From Octopus vulgaris (Eukaryota): 64,000 nt of DNA. Location of the stretch: contig OX597818.1 in the NCBI GenBank assembly GCA_951406725.2, forward strand, positions 140,926,001 through 140,990,000. The letters run 5' to 3'. Shown one piece after another: positions 25,251 to 39,975 of this stretch (position 1 is the first letter of the stretch; each line of letters begins with the position of its first letter). A program made the position numbers and the translations under genes. Under the pieces are notes generated by a model. That model saw only the letters and a list, made by a program, of their open reading frames with translations. It was not told the DNA's origin and made no database searches.

Positions 25251-26429
25251 ATAAGCACACCACAGGCAATTATAGATGAAGCACACAAATTCAGAATCGA
25301 ATCAAAGACGCTTCATATTATTCCCCATATATATATATATATATATATTCCTCTTTCAAAATGCGAACCAAGGACGTTTGGGCAAGAAGGCGGGCAAAAT
25401 CGTTATTGCTGAATGAACGAAGAAACACACCAGTCAAGAAAGATCAATCCCATACAACCACGTTCTCGAGAATCCTACGAATCGCAACCTGATTGGTTGT
25501 TTTTCAAAACTTATTCCATTACTTCTTTTACTTAGATCTCTCGTATGATTCCCATACGCTGCTTCGTAACATGTTTGCTTTGATTATTCGTTCCTTACAA
25601 ATATTTCGCCTAGAATCTCTATATGTTCCTTGACCATCCAGTTCTGTCCGTGTTCTCTTGTACTGCATCAAACACATTTCCAATTTGGTCTCAAATTCTA
25701 TTTTCCGCTAAAAGCTTTTGATTGAGCTGCACGAACAGCAAAGCAGATTCCGTAAAATAGGCCAGCAGGTTTTTTATAAATTAAAACATCTCTACCAGTT
25801 ATGTTACAAACAGCTGGAGATTTGTAGTAGCAACACGTTACAACTTAATTCATGTAAAGCGTAGGGGTACCTGCTGGTGTAGTGTCCATTCTGTCCTTTG
25901 AAAATCAATACTTCATACTCTTTTAGAAGCCATAAAATCCCTAGCTATCATGCTGGTAATATTATACATATATCTTCAATTCGGAACCTCTGTTGGCAAT
26001 GGCGGTTAGCTCATTTTTCAATGTTTTCAATCAAAAAGCTCAATTAGCATCATTTATGAGAATGTCGTACATAGTCACAAATTCCTGAATTCCTACTGTC
26101 TAGTGGTTGGAATTATCTTTCCTCCCAATTCAAAGTGAAATCTTTGATATGGTCACCCAGTTTGGGAGAAACTGCGATTTATGTGGGTTGGTCTTTGGTG
26201 CGCTATCCTAATTAGCAGCATAGTTCATTAAACAATAAAACAAAGGATATTACTTATTTCCTTGTTTCTGCTACTGTGGTACTATCACACAAAAACGCAC
26301 ACAGTTGTTACAGTCTTCCCGCCTTCAGAATTTCCTGTACAAATGTAAAGCAAAAATAGAGATGATGAAACTATCGTGTTTCGAGTAGAGAATTTAGAAA
26401 TAGCGTTTTGTGCAGTTGACAATATATAA

Positions 26430-26527
<98 letters not shown>

Positions 26528-28784
26528 GCGCGCACACACACACAAAGAGAGAGAAACATATACGTATGTGTGTTTGTATGTGTGTGTGTGTGTGCGTGCG
26601 TATGTGTGTTTGTGTGTGCGTGTGTGTATGTGACTGTGTCGGTGTAGCAGCTGCAAAATTTTAAACCCGTTGACTAGTAGCTTCTGCAACGTCGCACATA
26701 ACGTTACATTAACTGCTAAATCTACCGCGAATCACACCTCATCGTCTCAAAAAGTGAAAGAAAGCATCGATGAATGTAGTTCTTGCTGCACTATAAATTT
26801 ATTAAGAGATATGAAATATCATGTTCACACTGGAACACTTCTGATCAAAAGTTCTGTCGATCAGGGCTGATGTTGGGATAAACAGTATCTACAGCACCAA
26901 CTGTGAAATTTGTCAATAAATACATTCCTTAGAATGTAATATAGTAAGATAAGATATTACAATTTTGTAGTTTCTTTTTAGGTGTCATTCGTAATTGAGT
27001 ATGACTTATTAGCAGGAGATTATTAATCTATCAAGTTTTATAAATTCTTTACTATTTATTTTATTTTATGTTTTCAAAAATAGTGACAAAACTTCATCAA
27101 CGATATTTTATCTTTCGTTGGATTTTAGACGAAATACGCAAGCACTACACAAGCCTGACCGCCGTTACTGTCGAATACTGATCCAAAGGAATATGCTTTA
27201 GCTTTAAATATATTTGTTGTTTCATCTAATTTGTCTCTGCAACAGTAATTTATTAAAACCATTACTCAACTTTAGACGATTCATGTAGATTTGATTAAAG
27301 AAGTGCTACCCAAGAAGTATGCCAATAGTTGTCATCTTCAGTTCTGATGACAGTAGATCGAAAGGTAAGATTAGTTGCACAGAGAAAACTGACCAAAACA
27401 CTATTAAAAAAATACAAATTAGCTACATTGCAAATGGTGTGCTCCACATTATCTTGTAAAATTTGTAAGGGTCCCCAACGGCATAGGTTTTCGCAGACTT
27501 ATCTTTTGTTATTCTAAGTGTGTCCAGTAGTATACTTGGTAACTTAGAAGCACACTTCATTAGGCACACAGACGCAAGTGAAACGATAAAGTACCCACAG
27601 TGTGTCTTAGTTCCACCGCTTGTCTTCAAACTAGGGAGGCCAGAGTGTATCCATATTCCCGTGGTATATAAACGACTGAGTGTACAATACTCCTTTCTGA
27701 TCTGTTGGACAGCGCATCGCAGTGTCAGCACCTCCAGCCTGTCGCCAATATTTTTGTACAGTGGGTGACTGCAACAATTGCAAATGAAGTGTTTGGCATG
27801 AATATAACGCGCTGCCCGGTTTGGAAAAGGACACCGTCACCTCAACCTTATATTGCATGAATTATTAAACACGTACAATAAGTATATTTTTACTGAAAGA
27901 AGATCAGAATCCAGAGCTGAAGAGTGCATCCTTGCACATGTTTATACGTAAACATGTGAATATTTGGGCATTTTGGGTATTTTGGGCATTGCTATTTTAA
28001 AACAACAGAATACTAAGACGGTAAATAAGAATATGCAAATAAATACTTGAAATGTAATTTATTATCGCGTCACGGATAAGTAAAAGCACAAAAATCACTA
28101 GAAAAACTATTTTTATTCAGTATAGAAGTGCTTGAAACAGTTTGGCTTCGCAGTAAAACAAATGATAACATTACATTTCCTACAGATAGCGCTTCTAATG
28201 CACTCACAACCAGAATACTTGCAGTTGTTCTTCTTGCTAGCTTCCATGTACTGGAGCTAGTGATGTATATCATCTATGCGGATTGACCTGTTCGGCACTG
28301 TATTTGCCGGTCGTTGGAACTTTTGGTCAGTATTTACCTTTCCACTTCGGTTCGTGATAGGTGTTCTCTTTTAGCTATCATAGATTTACCTGATCAGCGC
28401 GAAGCCTTTAGGTGGTCACTCATCATACTTGAACAAATAGAAGTTATATATTCATCATAGCATTCCCTGTCGTCCTTCAAAATAAGAACAACTTGTTTTA
28501 TAACGTAGTCTGGATAGATTGTATATGGGAAAAAGACAAGGGTAAACATGGCGGAATGCTTTAGTCCTAGGTTTAACGAAATGGTTATGAACTAGGGCTC
28601 AAAATACGTTTAGGAATGCGAAGGAAGAGGAAACGTTTAGGGATTGAGGCGGTAAAAGACGAGAAGACGAGCGAAGAAATATAAGGCAGGAGAATCAAAG
28701 ATGGAGAAATATAAGTGTAGGATAATGAGGCAGAAATATAAGAGCAGGATGACAAGAAGATGATAAGTTTGTGAGCTGCCAAAA

Positions 28785-28947
28785 TCGTTAACATACCGGA
28801 TAAAATGCTTAGCTACATCTCACTTGTCTTTAAGTTCGCTACTGAGGCAATAAAATAAGCACAAATTAAGCACTGAGGTCAATATAATGAACTGGCTCCC
28901 TTCCCTTCAAATTTCAGACCTTATGCCTATAGTAAAAATAATTATTA
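28785..28947 (+). mobile_element. Degenerate SINE family C
   Basis: AATCGTTAACATACCGGATAAAATGCTTAGC head, with a tail like 9600-9642. Confidence 0.55.
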
Positions 28948-28977
28948 CAGAAAAATCATGATAAAATTGAATGACTG

Positions 28978-28993
28978 ATAATGGTGGTAGTGG

Positions 28994-29025
<32 letters not shown>

Positions 29026-29068
29026 GTGGTGATGGTGGTGGTGGTGATGATGATGATGATGGTAGTGG

Positions 29069-29129
<61 letters not shown>

Positions 29130-29580
29130 GGTGGTGGTGGTGGTGGTGGTGGTGATGATGATGGTGGTGGTGGTGGTGGTGGTGGCGATGATGATGATGA
29201 TGGTGATGGTGATGGTGATGATGGCGATGATGATGATGGTGGTGATGGTGGTGATGGTGGTGATGGTGGTGATTGTGATAATGGTGATGATGATGGTGAT
29301 GGTGATGGTGATGATGGTAGTGATTGTGATAATGGTGATGATGATGGTGATGGTGATGGTGATGATGGTGGTGATGGTGATGATGGTGATGATGATGGTG
29401 ATGATGGTGATGGTGGTGGTGGTGATGGTGATGGTGGTGGTGGTGGTGATGATGGTAATGGTGATGATTATAATGATGATGATGATGATGATGATACGAC
29501 GACGGTGTGGCGGCGGCGGTGGAGGAGGTGGTGGGGGTGGAGATGATGATGGTGATGAGGAGGATGAGGATGAGGGGGAG
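28978..29580. repeat. Cryptic trinucleotide array (GAT/GGT)n, ~600 bp
   Basis: In-phase GAT/GGT triplets. Explains the D/G-rich and M/V-rich ORFs. Confidence 0.9.
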
Positions 29581-29971
29581 GATAAATCGTCGTTGCGTTA
29601 GTAATATACATAATATTGACGAAGCTGTTGACCATCATAACCACATCATCATCATAATCGTTACCGTCGTCTTCCTTATCGTCGTATCTGTGGCGTAGTT
29701 TACACTGATTATAATGACGATTGTGAGGAAGTGTATCTTAGCAAATAAGATAACGATGTGGATTACAGTGGCTATAAACTGGATGCTGAGGCGGGGGGGG
29801 GCGGAGAGATTGCGACGACGAGAAGGATGATGTTGATGATCATAATATTGATGAGGAAAATTATAATGATAAACGTTAATGATTACGATGATTTGATTAG
29901 GGAGGCGAGGATGAAGAATACGTACGTCCATCGTGGATGCCAAAGCAGTATAATTATATATATATATATTT

Positions 29972-30044
<73 letters not shown>

Positions 30045-30712
30045 GATAGATAGATTGATAGACAGAGGGAGAGAGCGAGATACATATACACACACGCACA
30101 CACATAGAAACGCACACACGCAAGTGCACACACATAGAAACGCACACACGCAAGCGCACACACATATATACATACATCATTTGGCAGCAGGAATGAAGCC
30201 GTAAGCATTGTGTTTGTATAGAATGAGGCAGAGTCAAACATGTTGACGTGAGTGTTTCATAGTTTAGCTTCCACATTTACTATGACTTTAATGTTGCTTT
30301 ATTTCACCTAACTGTAATTTAAACATATGATTTCACATAAATAACTATTTTCACTTGGCACATTATATATTAGTCGATGAGTTTATAGCTTCGCAATGCC
30401 ATTAACACGACAGCAGGAAACATTCGAAATAACGTACCTATCACTTCATCTGTACATCCCTCTTGCCTCCCCGTTTAACTCTCACTATATATCTTTATAC
30501 CTGTCTACCTATTTAATTATCTACCGGGCTCTGTCCTTCTATCCACACACACACAGACATATACAATCACGATGCAGTGTTCTCTCTCTCTCTCCCTTTC
30601 TCTATCTCTGTTGCTCTTTCTCTCTCATTCTCTGTCTCTCTATTTATGCTCCTCTTCTTAAAATACGACAAAATGTACCCTCTCATACATTGTATACGTG
30701 TATATAAGAATG

Positions 30713-30794
<82 letters not shown>

Positions 30795-31319
30795 TGAATC
30801 TATATAGGGTATATTTCTGAGTGTATATATGTATGTATATAAATACATACATACATATATACATATACATATATATATTAATAGATATATACATATACAC
30901 GTGTATATATACATGTATATAAATGCGTACAAATGTATGCACGTATATATATATATATTGCGATATATATGGATATATATGCATGTACCCAGAAATATAT
31001 ATATAAAGACACATACGTTTGTCGGTCAGACTGTCTGTCTGCATGCATGCATGTATGTATGTATGTATGTATGTATGTAACCTTCTCTTCCTTGTATGAC
31101 CATGGGATTTTAATCATAAACTGCGCAAGTTATATTACTGAAATATTAATGTGTATGCCTGATCCAATAATATATATATATACGGAAATATAACTGAAAT
31201 AACATTTGGTGTTACTATCAGTTGATCAATATACACAAGCATATACACGTATTTATTTACACTTTTGTAAAAGTTTAACGCGTGTATATGCTTGTGTATG
31301 CTTATAGGTATTATCATTA

Positions 31320-31374
<55 letters not shown>

Positions 31375-31423
31375 AAAAGGTAACATAAGAAATCTTCTAA
31401 CAGTGCAGAAAGATTTACAAGAA

Positions 31424-31461
31424 CCTTTATATTTCAGGCAGAAAGGCCCATCATCAGAAGA
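31424..31461 (-). ncRNA. Minimal type I hammerhead ribozyme (canonical core) in PLE pseudo-LTR
   Basis: TCTT-CTGATGA-T-GGGC-CTTTCT-GCCT-GAA-ATAT-A-AAGG. Lies ~220 nt downstream of a GIY-YIG remnant on the same strand. Confidence 0.75.
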
Positions 31462-31677
31462 AAGCAGTGCGTGAAATGTCCAGTTGCACCGACTGCGTTA
31501 CCTTACTCAAACTCCTAGACGTTAGGTTAGCAGCAGTGGCTGCCACTCTACAACTCTTGGTGTAAGCAACTTTCCAACTGTTGGTTGATGCGACGTATTG
31601 TCACGTAGTAATAGTGCCGGTGGCATATGTTATGCTACTCTTTGCAGTCGCTGTGATGTGAAACATAGGAAACTCAA

Positions 31678-31960
31678 CTACGACAGACTGTTGCTTTTTG
31701 AGTTGAAGCAGTGGATCAATATAGTTTGTTTTATATGTAGATTTTCACTGTTCCTCTTCAAGACCATTATGGAAACATGTATCTCTTTGGCGGTGTTGCT
31801 GCATCTGGTCAGCTGATTGCGGAAGGAAACGGCGTTGGTAATGAGGTCCTCCTTCAATGAGACGTGTAATGATCGTACTGTGCTACCGGTGTAACAATTC
31901 TTACATTTTGAGCTCGTATCTGATATACTATGTACATACGTAAGCACATGTAAGTGTTAC
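31678..31960 (-). pseudogene. Penelope GIY-YIG endonuclease remnant (in inverted pLTR)
   Basis: SKCKNCYTGSTVRSLHVSLKEDL...NLHIKQTILI matches the pattern C..C...YIGST.R.L..R..EH...L.IKE.LLI. Confidence 0.75.
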
Positions 31961-31999
31961 GAATGGAACTGTTCCCTAGTATGGAGGGCTGTTGTTCTG

Positions 32000-33340
32000 C
32001 ATGTGACCATTGATAGGTATTTACTTAGGAACGGTCCTGAATGCACTAGTAGAATGTGGAGTACTTCCCAATACTATAAACAATATACTCGTACCCAAAT
32101 GCTCACGCTCACCAGGTTTACGAAATTTCTTAAACTTCCTACGTCGCTTTTGCACCAGCGAACTTCTGCCGCATCACTTCAGTCAGCGTCACACATGCAT
32201 ACTGCACCGCTCGCAGCAACGTTTGACGCTGAATGGTACTAATAACTTCCTAATACACAGGGTCGCTACCTTTCTAGACAATTGCTGATTTCTACCGCAG
32301 ATGTGTTAAGAAGAAAGGAAACACCCGAAAAGAAAATTCCTCTGGCTCTGTCACAAGCGACACCGCAACACTCCCCGATGTGCACCATGGAGCAGCAATA
32401 TCACTACCGACCTGAATACCCCCGCTGACACCAACCCGCAGGCCAGCAACACCACACCCATAGTCACGGACCTCCCAGAATCCCTACTGAATCCCTACTG
32501 ACCTTTCCTTTCTTCACAAATTCCCCGTCTATCACTCTCATACCACTCTCCACCCCACTACCACCAACCATCAATTAGACAGCAAACTTTCATGGCTGAA
32601 ACAGTCCATTTTACCATCCTCGACAAAGACACTAATTACTTCCCAACCGACCGACCTTTCCAAGACAGAAATTATTACATCAAAGAAACTTAGGTCGAGT
32701 AATCTGGCCTACTTCCCCTTGGACAAATGCAGAGAATTCTGCATTATAACACAGCACACATCTCACAATTTAGCTTCCAGCATCCTAGCAACAACAGTAT
32801 CTTCCATTTTACAAAATCTCGTGGTTCCTCTATATAATCCTGAGACGCCCTACTATCCACTTTCCCAGGCCGTGTTAATAGCCCAGGCGAAGTCATTCAA
32901 CATCTGCACCGTTTGGAATCCGACTCGCTCAAATTCCCAAAATATACTTTGTGTTTAGAGGTGGTCTCCCTATACACCTCAGTTCCTGCCCTTCCTGCAG
33001 TCGATCTGATCACGGAATATGTCGCCTCTTCGGGCTTTGCTCCTCCGACAGCCACCAAATGCTGTCTGTTTTAGTTATCAACACGCACTTCGATTTCCTT
33101 GGCAACACATATAAACAGCGTTCACGTCCGCTTATGGTGGCCAGCGTCTCAGGCCTTCTCCTATTGCCTACTTAGACCGGTTAGAGCGATGGGCACTCAG
33201 TATCTACCATTCATACGCATTTGCTTTCACCAGATATGTGTATGACATCCTCATGCACACTCTTCCACATGAGGACGCCTCTACTATACTAGAGAATTTC
33301 AAGAAAATGGAGCAATCGTGAATTTTCACAACCAGCTACG
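32000..33340 (+). pseudogene. Penelope-like reverse transcriptase remnant
   Basis: LEVVSLYTSVP (~32956), NTHFDFLGNTYKQ...MVASVSG (~33080) and FTRYVYDILM (~33226) correspond to decayed PLE RT motifs DV.SLYT, F....Y.Q..G.PMG and RYVDD. Confidence 0.8.
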
Positions 33341-34275
33341 ATGTTCTGATATCCCTCATACAGCCAATCCTCTCATCGTCTCTCATCTCTTCTCAATCAT
33401 CATTGAACTTCTTGTGCTAGCGTGAAACAGATACTCGCCTCAAACAAGTTAATCCATTAACCTGACGCATTTCATAAGTTCCTGTAAAGTTTTTGCCTAG
33501 TTTAACACTGTTTTCGCCGCCCGACTAGTCAGTTATGACAAGCAGGTGCGTTCAAAGTCCTGTTATTGCCATCACCCTTGAACCTGGAATAACAAATGTT
33601 GACAGGTCAGTTTATTATATATAGTAATGTCATACTAAAACTACAATAATTTAGAATAGTTACAACTACCTCCCCTAAGAATTTCAAATTTTTTGGAATG
33701 CGCCACACATATATCATTTTTATCGTTATTCATATTAAATCCCTAATTTCCCACCTTCTTTAGTCATAGTGTTTACGTACTTTGCCAATAATTTCTTAAA
33801 GTTCCTCAAATTCATTTTTTTAATAACAGAAGGAAAATAACTCATGTCTTTCAAGGATCATACAGATTTAATGAATTCTATATTTTACAACACTTTAAGT
33901 TCAGTGTGATAAAGCATTCTCTGTCAAATGTAATACACAGGTGGCATGTATATTTTAGAGACTAGTGATATTTATCGTTTAGCGATTGGTAAGAATGTGC
34001 CGCGAAAGAAACTCTTATTCTAAGGAACTGTATCATTCTAAACGTATATTTCGTTGCAACGTACTTAATGTGAACTCTATTTCACACGTTTAAACACCTA
34101 TAAAGTTTTTAAAATACTGTTATCATTACATATACATCTGTATATAAATATATCGATAATATATGCATATATATATATATAGATATACAAACATATATAT
34201 ATAGTAGAAACTCGGTTTTCTAACAACTCTGATAACGAAAAAATTGTGATTTATATCTCTCTCTCTCTCTCTTTC

Positions 34276-34316
<41 letters not shown>

Positions 34317-34352
34317 ATGTATATATATGTGTGTGTGTGTTTGTATGTGTGT

Positions 34353-34406
<54 letters not shown>

Positions 34407-35761
34407 CCATACGTGCATATAGGTATATATGCATATGTATAAATATGCGTGAATCTTTTGAATATGTATGTGCATATTTCAAAACCGTTAACGTTATATG
34501 AATTATCGTTCACTCTCCCTCAATACATATATATGTGTGTATGTGTGTGTGCATCAGAGAGAGAGAGAGAGAAAGTGTTCGTGTGCATGTATCCGCATAT
34601 ATAATTACGTGCGTATACATACATACATACGTATATATGTATGTATGTATACATGTTTCTATGTGTGTGTTTATTTCTGTATCCCTATACAAGTATTTTC
34701 TACATATGTTCGTGTAAACACATTTTTAATTTGATTTGTTTATTTATTTTAATTTAATATCTGCTGCATTATAGCTATACGCCACTTACGAATATATACT
34801 TGTAAAAAACATCGAGAAAAATTATATAAATAATTAATTTTTTCCCATGAAATCTTCCATATTAGTCATTCTAAGATATAAATAAAAAAAGCAAGCAAAT
34901 AACAAATATAAACAATGACAATAGAAGCGAATACGACAATAGAATCAGTATTAAAATATCACCAAATACGAAAGTATACGGAAACTGCATCCACCGCCGC
35001 CATCTTTCCCTGCTGTCACTATTATCGCCTGCAGCTCTACAGAGACAACAACTATAATAAGAACAAGAAAAATCAAATCATCACAAAAGAAACTAAGAAA
35101 CGGTTTTTAATAATTTTTACATACCACCACCGACACCAGTATATTTCTCACTATTACTACCATCCTACTCTAAGAAAGGTAAAGCATTATTACTCGGAAT
35201 ACCATGAGCACAATCTGGAGAAACTACAAAAACAATGTAAAACGCAACTGTAATAATCAATCAGAAAATACATATACAAAAAGACACACACAAACACACA
35301 GATATGTATATATGGGAAAACAAAATACAAACAATTACAAATACATCATTAATTCTACGCATGCGCGTTTAGATATTCTAAACAATTGTTTAGTCTCTTA
35401 TGTTGGACCAAAAAAAAAATAATAACACAAGATAATGTCTATGTTTAAGTTTATATTTTAATGATTGAAATAGAAAAAGGAAAAAAGTGTATTACTCGAG
35501 GAAGTCAAATATTAAAAAAAAATTATAAATTGAATGCAAACACAAGAAAATGAAACAAAAATGACACAAAAACAAGAACAAAGCAGAGTACAAGAATTGA
35601 TCGACGGTCCTTTATCTTTAGAAGCACAGCTGTTTATTCACTGCCTATCATTTATTTTTATTTAGTGTAATTTTTGCTTCATGGTCCTCGTCTTCTTTTC
35701 GTCTTTGCTTCGAATAAAGTAGGCTGGATGCTATTATAAATATACTGAATGTATATATAAT

Positions 35762-35792
<31 letters not shown>

Positions 35793-36001
35793 TTTCTTTT
35801 CGAAAATCTTCGTTTTACAGAAAGAGAACAATACGTTTCAGTAAGCGATATTTGCCAGAAATGGGCATGAAAATTGTTTTTTAAGAAAATCAAATTAATC
35901 ACATACAGCAACAACTACAAAAATAAAACAAAACAACAAAAATCAAATGCAAATACAATTATAATGAGACACACATGCACACACTTATACACATTCTTAA
36001 A

Positions 36002-36042
<41 letters not shown>

Positions 36043-36103
36043 CTGTATATGTATATATATATATGTATATATATGTATATGTATATATATATGTATATAT
36101 ATG

Positions 36104-36141
<38 letters not shown>

Positions 36142-36340
36142 AGTGTGTGTATAAGACTGAGAGAGAGAGAGAACATATCTTAAATATAAATATTATTACA
36201 AATTCACAGATTTATATCTATATTCAGATATGTGTGTGTGTATGTATGTGTGTATGCATGTATGCATGTATGTATGTATTTATGCATGGGTATATCTAGG
36301 CATAAATAAATTTTTCTCAGTGTATATACTTATATGCCAG

Positions 36341-36397
<57 letters not shown>

Positions 36398-37060
36398 CAT
36401 ATGTACCTAAACATCTAATATATAATGAGAGATAGCTAACTATATAAATAGATAAAGAGAGAGAGAGAGAGGAGGGAGGTAGGTGAGCCTGCTTTCACAA
36501 AATCATAACTATACATACATATTTAGAAGCATGCATTCATGCACTAATACATATATTGCTGTATGTCTGAGTGTACATATAACTACACTATTACATATAG
36601 TGAACACAAAAGTAACATAAAAAATAAGAACATATTCCCATTCTCACAAACATGTTATTAAATACCTTTAGGTTTGAACGCTCGTTCTTCAGTAATGTAT
36701 TTCTGTATATGACAGCCTCTTTCGGCATTGCGTAGGGTTTCACCCAATTAATTATTTCAAATACAAAAATCAATATATTGGTTTCATATAGCTCTTTTCA
36801 TTTTCGCATTATGGCAGGAACTCCTGGGGTCTTCTTCACCATTCAAAATCCATGGCAATCTATGTCGAAACTAATTAATATTTTTGGATGGAGGAGCTAC
36901 ATAGCATAAGGCTGCTGGATGAATATAAATAAATCAATTTGTCAGTCTATATTCATTGAATACCTTAAAACATCCATATATACATAAATCTCTATGTATA
37001 TAGGTGTGAGTGTGTGTGTGTGTGTGTGTTTGTATGTATACATGTTTGTGTATATCGATA

Positions 37061-37103
<43 letters not shown>

Positions 37104-37154
37104 GGGCATGCATATATGTGTATATATATACATACATGTATATATGTATATATA

Positions 37155-37220
<66 letters not shown>

Positions 37221-38399
37221 CATACATGTATATACAAATGGTATATACGTATAATAAATCAATTATTCAAACACTGTTTTATTATTTTATGACAAAATTT
37301 GAACTTTCTGAAATCACGCCAGAAACAGAAAACTATAAGTGCATATTTGGACGAATAAAATAAATGCATCAACACAAAACACTATGAATAGATGTGCATA
37401 TTTGACTGTCTCTGTGCGAGTGTACATGAAGGTCTATATATGTGTTTATGGGCATGAGTTTAGACATCCTATGAAACCTATGTTAACATATATTAACAAT
37501 ATTTATTGAAAAAAGAGCCCAGTAGAAAATTATTTCTGTCACTGTGTCTGGATGTGTATGTGTCGTTGTACACGCGCATGTGTGTGTACGAGTGTTTGGA
37601 GGTAATCATACATGCATGTATTTATGTATATATGCATGTATGTATGTATGTACGTCGAAACACAGATACACTCACATGCACCTTCCAATCACATGCAAAA
37701 TTGTAAAATTAATTATCGAAATGTTAGTCCCTTCTGTTCGTGCAATTAATTAGCAAATATGAAGATGACATCTATTGTATAACCTGACTCTATTTTCCGA
37801 TATCATCAGCCATTCTTTTAACAGAATTGGAAACAAAACGAAGTTCTATTTATGTGTAGTTTTGAGATTTCTCGATAAAATCTTTTTAGAAATACCTACT
37901 TTGTCAAAATTTTCAACTTTGTGCATATGACATTTTAACACTAATATGTACAGATTTTCATCTATTGGCCATTTTCTAAATGGCCATATATTATGTTTAG
38001 TTTTATTTAAGAATCCAAACAAATAGCCCCAGGTTAGTTTTGGTTGAGCATAATTATTCTGAAATGCATTCCAGTTACATCATCACACTTTTACTATCTT
38101 GGAATATGTTGTCCAATATGTAGTGGTGTTTTTCTTAATGTATTAATTTGTATGCTATTTCTAGTAATTCGATTAATTAGCTAAAACCCACTCCTTGTTT
38201 CCTCGTTGGCTATGATCGATCATTCAAATTTGATAAAGAACAAGCAGAAAGACCGCCGGTTTGAATGAAGAGATGCTTATTATCCGTTCCAATAAATAAC
38301 AAGCTTCAATATCATATTTCACATCGTCTTACTTATGTTCCATATCAAGAAATATTTTACAATTGAGCTGCTTATCGCCTCCGTCTAACAAGAGGTATT

Positions 38400-38900
38400 C
38401 CGCTTCTCCATAAAACGTTACGTCAGCATTTGATCTTTGACCTATACGCTCGATCGAAATCACACACATAGCTCGCACAACAACAGACTCCTAATTAACT
38501 ATTCAGAGAAATTTGGCTTCCATGTGTAGCACCTACAAATCACAAGAAAACGATTTCACGTGAATAATTACAAATACATTCAAAAACCGATTCTACCAAC
38601 ATGTACATTAATTCAGATTAGCGTAAGGGAAAACTGTGCATCTTTGTCCTAATTCATCTGGAATCATGTACCATGGAAGAAAATTATTCAGCTTCCATGG
38701 AACAACCTCAAATAATCTATTCTATATTCCAGTCCACCCACAAACAGCAGCCTATATCAAACTGATAATTTACAGTTGCTACCTAGCTGTTATCAAAGTT
38801 GTTACCTAGCTGTTATCAAAGAGAAAAATTTGTCTAAGACAAGTTCTACGAATCCAAAATTTTCGTCACAAGATTTCATCTCACAGTTACCAGATTCAGC
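38400..38900 (+). pseudogene. Penelope GIY-YIG remnant
   Basis: NTFKNRFYQH and SLS*FIWN (38572-38665) resemble PLE FK.R...H...SLS..IW. Confidence 0.5.
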
Positions 38901-39189
38901 TTCAGCCCCTCCTTGCTGATCAAAGTTTTAGAACACATTTTCATTTACACCATACAACATCAAGTCAGCATTAACATTGTTTGTCACCTACCAAACTTCA
39001 CCGAATTATAATCGAACTAGCGCCTGCGTCACAGAGATATTAAGTCAGCCATCCGCCATGCAATTTTAGAAAAGGCGTGCGTTTATCATATGCGAGCAGA
39101 ACGCAATATATCTATTAGCCTGAACAATTGAATTATTTTATACATTATTAAACAACCTACCTACACAGGTTTCATATTTTATCATTTAT

Positions 39190-39640
39190 TTGTTTCACTC
39201 ATGAAACTATGGCCATGCTGGAGCTTTGCCTTAAACTTTTTAGTCGCAAAAATCGATCCCGGTACTTTTCAAAGCCTGATTCTTATTCTATCAGCCCATT
39301 TGCTGAACTACCTGTTACCGGGACAACGCCGGTTGTCATTCAATGGTGGGGCTCAAACACAAACGCAGCTTGAAATATGTACTCATGTGTTCATCTACTA
39401 AATTCAATCCCACGGCTTTGGTCGGCCCGGATCTATAGTACTTTGGCTATATACGTAGCTAAGGTGTAATGCAGTGGGATTGATCCGTCAGAATGTGGAT
39501 GAGATGCCAACTTCTTACCACACGGCCATATCTGCCCCACTGCAGGCGTGGCTGTATGACCCCGTGTTCGATCAAGCGACATGTGAGTGGGTTTGGTAGA
39601 GTGACACAGAAAGAGGCCCGTCTTACGCATGTCATGAATG
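39190..39640. mobile_element. Degenerate SINE family B pieces
   Basis: GGCCATGCTGGAGC, CGGTTGTCA, GGCTTTGGTCGGCCCG and CTTACCACACGGCCA motifs (minus), plus a short plus-strand fragment. Confidence 0.6.
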
Positions 39641-39691
39641 AGTCTACATACACACACACACATGTATAAATATATATATATATATGTGTGT

Positions 39692-39975
39692 GTGGAGGCG
39701 CAATGCCCTAGTGGTTAGGGCAGTGGACTCGCGGTCGCAGGATCGCGGTTTCGATTCCCAGACCAGGCGAAAACACCTAAAAGCTCCACGAGCCTCCGGC
39801 AGGGGGGGTGATCCCTGCTGTACACTTTCACCACTCTTTCTCCCACTCTTTCTTCTGTTGGCCTGCTCGCTTAGCCAGCGGGGTGGCGTTATTCGAAGGC
39901 TAAAACAATGCGAACGCATTGTGACCAGCGATGTGTAACAACATCTGATGGTCTGGTCGGTTACGTGGTCACGTG
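39692..39975 (+). mobile_element. SINE family A head with alternative (type-ii) tail
   Basis: A-type head identical to 999, then GGCCTGCTCGCTTAGCCAGCGGGGTGGCG...CTGGTCGG..CACGTG. Confidence 0.85.

Noticed and set aside
25340-26360. Non-repetitive stretch that might be a decayed transposase or exon
   Set aside because: Stops in the frames examined and no recognisable motif by eye. BLASTX would be needed.
38772-38821. 24-bp tandem duplication AGTTG(C/T)TACCTAGCTGTTATCAA
   Set aside because: Ordinary slippage duplication inside a decayed PLE relic.
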